Shown here: one piece after another, positions 19,283-27,393 of the stretch
Numbering within the stretch: position 1 is the stretch's first letter
Layout of the letters: the number at the start of each line of letters is the position of its first letter
Assembly (NCBI GenBank): GCA_035556555.1
Contig: DATMES010000062.1
Location: 1,426-65,425, forward strand
Source: Frankiaceae bacterium
GTDB lineage: Bacteria; Actinomycetota; Actinomycetes; BP-191
Reading direction: 5' to 3'
DNA length: 64,000 bases
The notes under the pieces: generated by a model
Told to the model about the DNA's origin: nothing
Seen by the model: only the letters and a program-made list of their open reading frames with translations
The model's database searches: none
Made by a program: the position numbers and the translations under genes

Positions 19283-20631
19283 GGGGTGCCCTTCACGATG
19301 GCGAGCACGTCGTCGCGCACGCGGGTCATGGTCGTCTCGTCGGCGGCCTCGGCGTTGAGGCGGAGCAGCGGCTCGGTGTTGGAGGGCCGCAGGTTGAACC
19401 ACCAGTCCGCGGCGCTCACCGTCAGCCCGTCGAGGTGGTCGATCTCGACGCCCTCCCGGCCCTCGTACGCCGCCTCGACGGCCTTGGCGGTGGCCGCGGC
19501 GTCGGTGACGCGCGAGTTGATCTCGCCGGAGGCGGCGTAGCGGTCGTACGACGTCAGCAGCGCCGACAGCGTGCCCTCCTGGCCGCCGAGCGCCGCGAGG
19601 ACGTGCAGGGCGGCGAGCATGCCGGAGTCGGCGTTCCAGAACTCGCGGAAGTAGAAGTGCCCCGAGTGCTCGCCGCCGAAGATCGCGCCGGTCGAGGCCA
19701 TCTCCGCCTTGATGAACGAGTGCCCGACGCGGGTGCGGACGGGCGTGCCGCCGTTCTCGCGGATGACCTCGGCGACCGTACGCGAGCAGATGAGGTTGTG
19801 GATCACGGTCGAGCCCGGCTCGCGGCGCAGCTCGCGCTCGGCGACCAGCGCGGTGATGGCGGAGGGCGACACGATCGCGCCGCGCTCGTCGACGACGAAG
19901 CAGCGGTCGGCGTCACCGTCGAACGCCAGGCCGAGGTCGGCGGAGTGCTCCAGCACCGCCTTCTGGAGGTCCACGAGGTTCTCGGGCTCGATGGGGTTGG
20001 CCTCGTGGTTGGGGAACGTGCCGTCCAGCTCGAAGTAGAGCTCGGTCACGTCGAGCGGGAGGCCCTGGAAGACGGCGGGGACGGTGAGTCCGCCCATGCC
20101 GTTGCCGGCGTCCACGACGACCTTCAGCGGGCGGATGCCGGAGAGGTCTACGAGGGCGTGCATCGTGGCGGCGTACTCGGTGAGGAGGTCGCGCTCGGAG
20201 ATGCTGCCGGTGGTGGCGGCGGGCGGCGGGCCGCCGGCGTTGACGCGGTCGCGCAGCGTCCCGAGGCCGCTGTCCTGGCCGACGGGCTTGGCGCCGGCGA
20301 GGCAGAGCTTGATGCCGTTGTACTGCGCGGGGTTGTGGCTCGCCGTGAACATCGCGCCGGGGATGCCCAGCAGGCCGGACGCGAAGTACAGGAGGTCGGT
20401 GCTGCCGAGGCCCGCGATGACCGCGTCGACGCCCTGGCTGGTCACGCCCTCGGCGAAGGCTCGTGCGAGCTCTGGGCTGCTGGGGCGCATGTCGTACGCG
20501 ATGACGACGGTGGGGCCTCCGACCAGCTCCGCGAACGACGCGCCGAACAGGCGGGCGATCTCGGCGTCGAGCTGGTCCGGGACGGTGCCCCGGATGTCGT
20601 AGGCCTTGACGATGGCGGTGACGTCGGGCAC
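19279..20631 (-). CDS. manB: Phosphomannomutase/phosphoglucomutase
   Basis: Active-site TASHNPAQYNGIK, metal loop DGDADR, sugar loop GGEHSGH. Confidence 0.9.
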   Translation of the reverse strand: MPDVTAIVKAYDIRGTVPDQLDAEIARLFGASFAELVGGPTVVIAYDMRPSSPELARAFAEGVTSQGVDAVIAGLGSTDLLYFASGLLGIPGAMFTASHNPAQYNGIKLCLAGAKPVGQDSGLGTLRDRVNAGGPPPAATTGSISERDLLTEYAATMHALVDLSGIRPLKVVVDAGNGMGGLTVPAVFQGLPLDVTELYFELDGTFPNHEANPIEPENLVDLQKAVLEHSADLGLAFDGDADRCFVVDERGAIVSPSAITALVAERELRREPGSTVIHNLICSRTVAEVIRENGGTPVRTRVGHSFIKAEMASTGAIFGGEHSGHFYFREFWNADSGMLAALHVLAALGGQEGTLSALLTSYDRYAASGEINSRVTDAAATAKAVEAAYEGREGVEIDHLDGLTVSAADWWFNLRPSNTEPLLRLNAEAADETTMTRVRDDVLAIVKGTP

Positions 20632-20659
20632 GCCGGGGATGCTACCCGGCTGCGACTCG

Positions 20660-20839
20660 CTACTTCTTGCGGGCGGCCAGCGCCTTGACGCGGTCGAGGG
20701 CGATCGGCTCGCCGCCGGAGACGTACGACTTGTGCTCGCAGCGGTGGCACGACGTGAAGTCGACGACGTCGCCCTCGGCCATCGTGATGCTGATGCGCGT
20801 GACAGCGGTGCTGGTGCAGGCGTCGCAGCGAGCCGACAT
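20660..20839 (-). CDS. Unlisted 59-aa ORF with CxxC-x22-CxxC zinc ribbon (MSARCDACTSTAVTRISITMAEGDVVDFTSCHRCEHKSYVSGGEPIALDRVKALAARKK)
   Basis: Translated by hand from cat 20837-20839 to cta 20660-20662. Fills the gap between manB and DUF3499. Not in the track because <60 aa. Confidence 0.35.
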   Translation of the reverse strand: MSARCDACTSTAVTRISITMAEGDVVDFTSCHRCEHKSYVSGGEPIALDRVKALAARKK

Positions 20840-20927
20840 GTCGGGTACCTCCGAGGGGGCCGAAGCGCGGATACCCGAACTTGATCGGCCGAACAGGTGA
20901 ATTACTTGAGCCCAGGTAAGGGTTCTG

Positions 20928-21266
20928 TCACGCCTGGGACGGCGAACGGAGCATCCGCAGGTGCCCGCGGCGGAACGCGTCGGCGCCCTCGAAGCTGCGC
21001 GCGGCCTCGCGGACGGCGTCCGCCAGGGCCTCCAGGTCGTCGGTCGTCGGCACGTGGGGGGCCGGCGGGCCGTCGAGCCGGACGACCTCCCAGCCGCGCG
21101 GCGCGGTGAGCCGGGCGGCGTGCGGCTCGCAGAGGTCGTACTGGTGCGGCTCGTGCACCACCGCGAGGGGGCCGACGATCGCCTGCGACTCGGCGTAGAC
21201 GTACGTCAGGGTGGCCACCGCGGAGTCGGTGCACGCCGTACGCGAGCAGCGGCGAGTTGGGGTCAC
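20928..21266 (-). CDS. DUF3499-like conserved actinobacterial protein (Rv3258c-like)
   Basis: Only the 3' end of the tool's 678-aa ORF is coding-like: VTPTRRCSRTACTDSAVATLTYVYAESQAIVGPLAVVHEPHQYDLCEPHAARLTAPRGWEVVRL.... GTG at 21266. Confidence 0.55.
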   Translation of the reverse strand: MTPTRRCSRTACTDSAVATLTYVYAESQAIVGPLAVVHEPHQYDLCEPHAARLTAPRGWEVVRLDGPPAPHVPTTDDLEALADAVREAARSFEGADAFRRGHLRMLRSPSQA

Positions 21267-21326
21267 CCGCGCACGGTAACGCTCGCCGGGGGCGTTGGGA
21301 GTGAAGTCGGCAAACGTGTCGTTAGG

Positions 21327-21764
21327 GTGGCGCTCGTGGAGTCTGGGGCGGCGCGGGCACGACGGGCCCGGCGGGACCGGCGCGGCCGGGGGCTGCGCGG
21401 GCCGCTGGCACCGCCCCACCTGCCGATCTCGCGTACGCCGGCGGAGCGGTTCGACGACCTCGTGCTCGACGCGGTGGAGCACCTCGAGGAGCACTGGTCG
21501 GACGAGCTGGCGAAGCTGGAGTTCGCCGTGGAGGACGTCCCGCCGCCGGACGCGATCGTGGCCGACGTGGTGCCGCTGTCGCGGGTGATCCCCGCGGTGC
21601 CGGGGACGCCGGCGCGGGTCGTGGTGTTCCGGCGGCCGCTGGAGGCGCGCGCGCTGGACCCGGCCGACCTGGCCGACCTGGTGCTGGAGGTCGTGGTCAA
21701 CGAGGTCGGGCGCGCGCTGGGCATCGACCCCGACGTCCTCGACCCCCCCGACGACGAGGACTGA
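21327..21764 (+). CDS. Conserved actinobacterial hypothetical protein (Rv3259-like position), acidic C-terminus
   Basis: Coding-like from GTG 21327 or 21336 (...PPHLPISRTPAERFDDLVLDAVEHLEEHWSDELAKLEF...). The upstream part of the tool ORF looks non-coding. Confidence 0.5.
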   Translation: MALVESGAARARRARRDRRGRGLRGPLAPPHLPISRTPAERFDDLVLDAVEHLEEHWSDELAKLEFAVEDVPPPDAIVADVVPLSRVIPAVPGTPARVVVFRRPLEARALDPADLADLVLEVVVNEVGRALGIDPDVLDPPDDED

Positions 21765-21772
21765 CCGCGCAC

Positions 21773-21839
21773 TTCCGTGCGGCGTTTCCTGCACGGAACG
21801 TGCTCCGTGGCCGCTCGCGTGCACGAAACGCCGCACGGA
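21773..21839. terminator. Bidirectional stem-loop region between convergent genes (ttccgtgc-N10-gcacggaa; ccgtgcggcgtttc...gaaacgccgcacgg)
   Basis: Perfect 8-bp and 14-bp inverted repeats read directly. Confidence 0.4.
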
Positions 21840-21874
21840 CTGGGGCGGCGCGGCCGGACCCGGGACGCCGCCGC

Positions 21875-23392
21875 TCAGTCGCGCTTGATGGCGGGCAGGG
21901 CGGCGCTCGGGTCGCCGACCACCACGGGTACGTCCAGGCCGGACGTCGGCTGCGTGACCAGCGTCTGGGTCGTGAACAGCGGGCCGCGGTTGCCGTACTC
22001 GAAGATGTAGCGGCTCGCGAACACCGGCGACAGCCCGGGGTCGGGCGTGATGACGACGGACTGCAGGTTGTCCTTGGGCAGCTTGGAGTACGGGTAGACG
22101 ACGATCTCGCCCTGCTTGACGTCCACGAACTTCCGGACGGACGTCCCCTTCTCGCCGCGCGACAGCAGGGTGACGATCTCCAGCCGCGCGGGCCCGTCGG
22201 GCGCGTGGAAGAGCAGCGCGCAGTCCATCTGCCCGAGGTTGCGCGCCTCGGTGACCAGGGTCGGCCCGGTCAGAGCAGTGGCCGGACCGACGTACGCGAT
22301 CTCGCGGATGCGCGTGAACCGCGCTTTGCTCTCGGTGAACGCCGTCACGAGGACCGGCGCCCCCTCGGCGTAGACCCGCAGGCCGACGGGCTGCATGGTC
22401 TTCTCGCCGGTCCGCTGGTCGGTGACGGAGAGCACCTCGGCAATGTTGAGGGAGAACGGCCGCCCGGCAGGGATGTCGATGTCCTCGAACCCGGCGGGAA
22501 CGATCTGCTCGTCCGGCAGCGTGAACTGGATGCGGATGTGCGCCGAGTCCTCCCCCGGCACGAAGAAGAACAGCCGCCGCGAGCCGTTGCCCGCGGGCAG
22601 CCCGCCGAGGTCGACCTGGGTGCCTGGGCGGGTGAGGCGCGGCAGCCAGTCGACGCCCATGGGGATCTCGCCGATGGTGCGGTGCACGCGCGCGGCGGGC
22701 GCGACGCGGCCCTCCCGCGCGACGACGTGGATGACGAGCGGCGACTCGCTGGGCGCGAACTTCGCGAGGTCGCGGGTGACCCGCGCGCGCGCCTTGAGCA
22801 CGATGCCGTCGAGCTCGGGGATGTCGATGAGGCCGTTCTTGCCGTACAGCTCGACGCGGACCAGCGCCTGGTCGTCGAACGGGTTGACGAGGACCAGCTC
22901 GGTGTCGTTGCCGGTCAGGGTGCTGCCGCCGACGAACCACGAGTCCGCCGCCGGCGCCTCGCACCGCAGCCCCGCCCAGCCGCGGTTGGGACCGTCGGCG
23001 CCGCGCGAGACCTGCTCGACCTCGAGCCCGCCGGACTGCGGACCGGTGGCGGTGACGACCGCGGCGACGGCGGAGGACGACTTCAGCTTGAGCGCGCCGA
23101 CGCTCTTGCCCTCGACGAGCACGCCGGAGCCGAGGCCCTGGTCGGCGGTGAGCTTCTGCGCGCGCACCTTCACCTCGCCCGGCGTGGCGACGCCGGCGGT
23201 GAGGCGGGTGACGACGTCGTCGCCCTCCTTGAGCAGCTCGGGGCAGACGGCCATGGCGCCGTCGACGGGCCGGTTGTCGAGGCGTACGGGCGCCGCGACG
23301 GTGACCGGCTTGGGGTCGTCGGCGCGCGCCACCGCGAGCCCCGCCGCGAGCACCGCGACGACGGACAGGAGGGCGAGCGGCGGGCGCTTCAT
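21875..23392 (-). CDS. Secreted conserved hypothetical protein (DUF5719-like), 505 aa
   Basis: Signal peptide MKRPPLALLSVVAVLAAGLAVARA. 4-bp overlap with the upstream GT gene. Confidence 0.6.
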   Translation of the reverse strand: MKRPPLALLSVVAVLAAGLAVARADDPKPVTVAAPVRLDNRPVDGAMAVCPELLKEGDDVVTRLTAGVATPGEVKVRAQKLTADQGLGSGVLVEGKSVGALKLKSSSAVAAVVTATGPQSGGLEVEQVSRGADGPNRGWAGLRCEAPAADSWFVGGSTLTGNDTELVLVNPFDDQALVRVELYGKNGLIDIPELDGIVLKARARVTRDLAKFAPSESPLVIHVVAREGRVAPAARVHRTIGEIPMGVDWLPRLTRPGTQVDLGGLPAGNGSRRLFFFVPGEDSAHIRIQFTLPDEQIVPAGFEDIDIPAGRPFSLNIAEVLSVTDQRTGEKTMQPVGLRVYAEGAPVLVTAFTESKARFTRIREIAYVGPATALTGPTLVTEARNLGQMDCALLFHAPDGPARLEIVTLLSRGEKGTSVRKFVDVKQGEIVVYPYSKLPKDNLQSVVITPDPGLSPVFASRYIFEYGNRGPLFTTQTLVTQPTSGLDVPVVVGDPSAALPAIKRD

Positions 23393-26300
23393 ACGGTCCT
23401 CACGTTGCCGCCGGCGACGGCCGGCTCCGGCTCGGGGATCGGCTCGAACGTCGAGTCGTCGGCGTCCGCGTCGGGCGCGTCGTCGTTACGGCGCACGGAA
23501 GGCGCCGCCAGCACGACCGCGACGAGCAGCAGGAGGCCCTGGACGGCGAGCGAGGTCGTACGCCGCGACGTGTCGTGCCGCAGCGCCAGCACCCCGCCCT
23601 CGGGCGGCAGCTCGAAGCCCTGCGCCCAGCCCCACAGCGTCACCCGCTTCAACGGCTTCCCGTCGAGCGTCGCCTCCCAGCCGCGGTGGGAGCGTTCGGA
23701 CAGCGAGAGCAGCCGCCCCGCGGGGCCGCTCGGCACGCGCACCTCGGCGGACTCGCGCTGGCTCGGGAGCGGCACGGTCGGCGTGAGGCGGAGCTGGTCG
23801 CGGGTGGCGAAGCGGCCGCCGCGCGCGGGCTCGCCGAGCTCCGGGGGTACGAGCGTCAGCCGCGCCGCGGGGGTCAGCGTGCGCCAGACCCGGACCTCGC
23901 CCTGGAAGTTGACCCGGGACAGGCCGGACTGCGCGTCGAGCGCCTCGGACAGCCAGCCTGGCACGGGGTCGGGGACGGCGACGAAGCGCACCGCATAGGT
24001 GGCCAGGCCCTCGGCGGCGTTGCTGCCGCGCGGCACGGCGAGGTCGCCGACGAGCCGGTCGAGCAGGCGGCTCGGCGCGCCGGGCTGCGGGAGATCCGCG
24101 TCGGCGAGGTCGGGGCCCTCGGGGAGCGAGAGGACGTACGACACGCGGTCGGTCGCCTCCGGCCGCAACCACAGGACGCGGGTGCCCGGCTCGCGGTCGA
24201 GCAGGGCCTCGGCGGCCGCGGGCAGCGCCGCGGGCACGCGCCGGTCGAGCGGGTCGGCGGCGCCGCGGTCGAGCCAGGCCGCGGCGAGGACGAGCGGGCC
24301 GAGCAGTGCCGCGACGGCGAGCACGGCGGCCCCCGGCTGCCGCCAGCCGAACGACCTCGCCCCCAGCCTGTCCTGCGCGCCGTCGGCGGCGAGGACGGCG
24401 GCGGCGGTGAGCGCGGCGCCCGAGACCGCGAGAGGTACGCCGGGGAAGCCCTCGGGGAGGTTGCCCGCGCCGCGGGCGGAGAGCAGCGCGACGGCGTAGC
24501 CGGCGATGGCCACGCCCCAGAGGCCGAGGGCGGCGCCGACGCGGCGTTCGCGGACGAGGGCGACGAGGGCGGCGACGACGAGCGCTGCGGTGGCGGCGAG
24601 GAGCACGCGCGACGCCGGGGCGGGACGGAGCAGGAGGAGGTCGATCGCGCGGGGCGGGGCGGTGGCACGGTTGGCGGGCGTGCCGCCGACGAGCAGGCGC
24701 GGGTCGGACATCAGCCGCAGCGACCACGGGAACAGCACCGCGAGCGCGGTGCCGAGCGCCATCGCGACGGCGAGGATGCGGCGTACGGCACCGCCCCTGC
24801 TCGCCGGCGTCGCGGCGAGCAGCACCACGACGGACCCGACGGCGAGCGGGACGGCGGTGAGCAGCCAGAGCTGCGGCGCGAACGCCGTCGCCACCCCGAG
24901 CCCGATGCCGGTCCCGAACGCCGTGCGCCAGCCGCCGTAGCGCGGGTCCTCGCCGAGGAGGCGGTGTCCCGCGACGAGCAGCGGCGGCGCCGCGACGAGC
25001 GCGACGGCGGCGTCGAGGTGACCGGTGGCGACAGCGCCCGCGCCGACGGGCAGGAGGGCGTACGCCGCCGCGGCCCAGAGGCGGAGCGGCACGGCGTCCG
25101 TGAGGCGCCGGGAGGCGACGTACGCCGTCGCGCCGGCCAGCGGCACGCAGCCGAGGAGCAGCACGTCGACGGCGAGCCACGGCTTGCCGAGCAGCAGCGT
25201 CGAGAGCGCGGCGAGCACCGCGACGGCGGGGGTGGCGCTGGACGCCGTGCCGGCGCCGACGGCGGAGCGCCAGGAGGCGGCGTACGCCTGCGCCAGGTCG
25301 CTCGCCCCCTCGGGGGCGGGGAGCAGCGCGCCGCCGACGAGCAGGCCGCCGCCGAGCAGGCCGCGCGCGGCCACCAGCGTGACGGCAGTCAGCGCGAGGA
25401 ACAGCGTCAGCCCCGGGCGGGCCGTGAGCAGGTGGCCGCGGGGACGTACGGGAGGCAGGTCCTCGTCCTCGGCGCCGGGCACCGGCTCGTCGCCGCCACC
25501 ACCGGTGATCCAGTCGCCGAGCTGCTCGAGGTAGCCGCGCATCCGCGCGGCCCGGCCGGCGAACAGCGGCCTGATCGCGCGCCACGGCACGGACGACCTG
25601 CGGTGGCGACGGGCGCGGAGGAGGTCGCCGAGGTGGGTGACGTTCCAGACGACGGCGGCCACCTCGTCACGCGCCTCCGCGACCTGCCGGGTGAGCAGGA
25701 AGCCGATCGTGCGGAGGAACGCCCCGACGATCAGCCGCGGCGCCGCGGCGAGGGCCTTGGCCGGCGGCAGGTTGGCGAGGAGGACGGCGAGCGCGTGCCG
25801 GCGGTCGATGCCGTGCGGGCGGCCGTGCGCGCTGGAGACCTGGCGGCGGCCCGTGGTGGCGGCGCGGGCGTGGCGTACGCGGGCGTCGGGGACGATCGTG
25901 ACGCGGTGGCCGGCGGCGTTGGCGCGCCAGCCGAAGTCGACGTCGTCGCGGAAGATCGGCAGGCGGGGGTCGTAGCCGCCGAGCTCCTCCCAGACGTCAC
26001 GTCGTACGAGGCAGCCGGCCGACCCCACGGCGAGCACGTCGCGTACGGCGTCGTGCTGGCCCTGGTCGAACTCGCGGCGTTCGAGCCACGTCTCGCGCCG
26101 GCCCGCGCGGTCCATCGTGACGCCGACCTCGACGAGCAGGCGGGGGTCGTCCCAGTCGCGGGCCTTGGCGCCGAGGACGGCCGCGGACGGCATGTCCTCG
26201 GCGGCGTCGACGAGCTTGGCGAGGGCGTCGGGCTCGGGCGCGGAGTCGTCGTGGAGCAGCCAGACCCACTCGACGGGGTCCTTCGGGGGCTCTTCGTCGG

Positions 26301-26604
26301 TCGCGCGGCGGCGCTGCGTGCCGTACGGCGCGGTGAGGTCCGCATGCGCGACGCCCGCGGAGACGGCCGCCCCGAACCCGGTCTCGCGCGGCTGGTCGAG
26401 GACGCGTTCGGCGCCCAGAGCGTCCGCGAGGAGCGTTCTCGACTCGTCGGTGCTGCCGGTGTCGACGCCGACGATCCGCTGCGGCGTGCGCGTCTGGCGG
26501 CCCAGCGCGGCCAGCACGTCGGGCAGCCAGCGGGCGCCGTCGTGCGTGACGACGACCGCCGTCACCCGATGGTGCGGGTGCGCGACGCGCGGACGCGGGG
26601 GCAT
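23389..26604 (-). CDS. 1071-aa fusion: N-terminal GT2 glycosyltransferase domain plus ~700-aa polytopic membrane domain
   Basis: VVVTHDGARWLPDVLAALGRQTR...VDTGSTDES (GT2 N-terminus), DxD-type FRDDVDFGWR, then >12 hydrophobic segments. Confidence 0.75.
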   Translation of the reverse strand: MPPRPRVAHPHHRVTAVVVTHDGARWLPDVLAALGRQTRTPQRIVGVDTGSTDESRTLLADALGAERVLDQPRETGFGAAVSAGVAHADLTAPYGTQRRRATDEEPPKDPVEWVWLLHDDSAPEPDALAKLVDAAEDMPSAAVLGAKARDWDDPRLLVEVGVTMDRAGRRETWLERREFDQGQHDAVRDVLAVGSAGCLVRRDVWEELGGYDPRLPIFRDDVDFGWRANAAGHRVTIVPDARVRHARAATTGRRQVSSAHGRPHGIDRRHALAVLLANLPPAKALAAAPRLIVGAFLRTIGFLLTRQVAEARDEVAAVVWNVTHLGDLLRARRHRRSSVPWRAIRPLFAGRAARMRGYLEQLGDWITGGGGDEPVPGAEDEDLPPVRPRGHLLTARPGLTLFLALTAVTLVAARGLLGGGLLVGGALLPAPEGASDLAQAYAASWRSAVGAGTASSATPAVAVLAALSTLLLGKPWLAVDVLLLGCVPLAGATAYVASRRLTDAVPLRLWAAAAYALLPVGAGAVATGHLDAAVALVAAPPLLVAGHRLLGEDPRYGGWRTAFGTGIGLGVATAFAPQLWLLTAVPLAVGSVVVLLAATPASRGGAVRRILAVAMALGTALAVLFPWSLRLMSDPRLLVGGTPANRATAPPRAIDLLLLRPAPASRVLLAATAALVVAALVALVRERRVGAALGLWGVAIAGYAVALLSARGAGNLPEGFPGVPLAVSGAALTAAAVLAADGAQDRLGARSFGWRQPGAAVLAVAALLGPLVLAAAWLDRGAADPLDRRVPAALPAAAEALLDREPGTRVLWLRPEATDRVSYVLSLPEGPDLADADLPQPGAPSRLLDRLVGDLAVPRGSNAAEGLATYAVRFVAVPDPVPGWLSEALDAQSGLSRVNFQGEVRVWRTLTPAARLTLVPPELGEPARGGRFATRDQLRLTPTVPLPSQRESAEVRVPSGPAGRLLSLSERSHRGWEATLDGKPLKRVTLWGWAQGFELPPEGGVLALRHDTSRRTTSLAVQGLLLLVAVVLAAPSVRRNDDAPDADADDSTFEPIPEPEPAVAGGNVRTV

Positions 26605-26807
26605 GACCCTCCGAGGGGTTTTGCGGGACGCCGGGAAGGGCCGGGTCGTACGCCCGGCGACGGCAAGACTAACCCGCTCGGAGTCTCGGAATCACACCGG
26701 GTCCGGTGCTGTCGGTCCGCGCCGTCTGAGCGTGCGAGCGGCACGGCGGAGGCCGGCGCCGCGTGCGAAGGCACGCAAGCCGGCCGACAACGCAGCCGGT
26801 CGCGGGC

Positions 26808-27176
26808 TCAGGCGGTGCGGCGCTTCAGGCGGCGGCGCTCGCGTTCGGAGAGGCCGCCCCAGATGCCGAAGCGCTCGTCGTGCGCGAGGGCGTACGTCAG
26901 GCACTCCGCCTTGACCTCGCAGCCGACGCAGATGCGCTTCGCCTCCCTCGTGCTGCCGCCCTTCTCGGGGAAGAACGCCTCCGGGTCCGTCTGCGCGCAG
27001 AGCGCGCGCTCCTGCCACGCCAGCTCGGGGTCCATGGCCTCGTCGGTCTCGACGAGCTCGACCATCGGCAGGGTCATCGCGTTCTCCGTCCCGTTCGTGC
27101 GCTCCCACCCGAGCGCCGGGTCCTCGTCGCCGAACGTTCGCCGCGACACGCCGCGAAGTTCGTCGCCAAATGACAT
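26808..27176 (-). CDS. whiB: WhiB-family [4Fe-4S] transcription factor (WhiB2/WhmD-like, with N-terminal extension; alternative start near 27077)
   Basis: CAQTDPEAFFPEKGGSTREAKRICVGCEVKAEC...FGIWGGLSERERRRL: four Cys and the G(V/I)WGG turn. Confidence 0.9.
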   Translation of the reverse strand: MSFGDELRGVSRRTFGDEDPALGWERTNGTENAMTLPMVELVETDEAMDPELAWQERALCAQTDPEAFFPEKGGSTREAKRICVGCEVKAECLTYALAHDERFGIWGGLSERERRRLKRRTA

Positions 27177-27318
27177 GGGTGGAATTACAGTCCTGCGACT
27201 GGTGTCCCGTCAAGGGGCGCGTGTTCGCGCATGCACGTACAGTAGTGACTGGTGGGACTGGTGGGGCTGGAGTCCACTTTGTGACCCGCCGCTGAGCACG
27301 GCGCGACGGCCAGATTTT

Positions 27319-27374
27319 CGTGATCTTGGCAACGTCCGTGGTGCCCGGGCAGCACGAACGTCGCCAAGATCACG
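27319..27374. repeat. 56-bp imperfect palindrome centred on CCCGGG (cgtgatcttggcaacgtccgtggtgccc|gggcagcacgaacgtcgccaagatcacg), carrying the GTGATCTTG core
   Basis: Read directly. Lies between whiB (upstream region) and the stop of the coiled-coil gene. Also produces the mirror MILAT... pseudo-ORFs on both strands. Confidence 0.5.
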
Positions 27375-27393
27375 ACGTCCGAGCTCGGGCAGG

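Noticed and set aside
19112-19402. Tool's 96-aa version of the Trm112 ORF starting at 19402
   Set aside because: The upstream 40 codons are Arg-rich and overlap manB in another frame. The conserved Trm112 sequence begins at the GTG at 19282, which overlaps the manB stop.
20928-22964. 678-aa minus-strand tool ORF
   Set aside because: Only its last 112 codons (DUF3499-like, 20928-21266) look coding. The rest overlaps the real plus-strand gene at 21327-21764 and the secreted protein gene in other frames.
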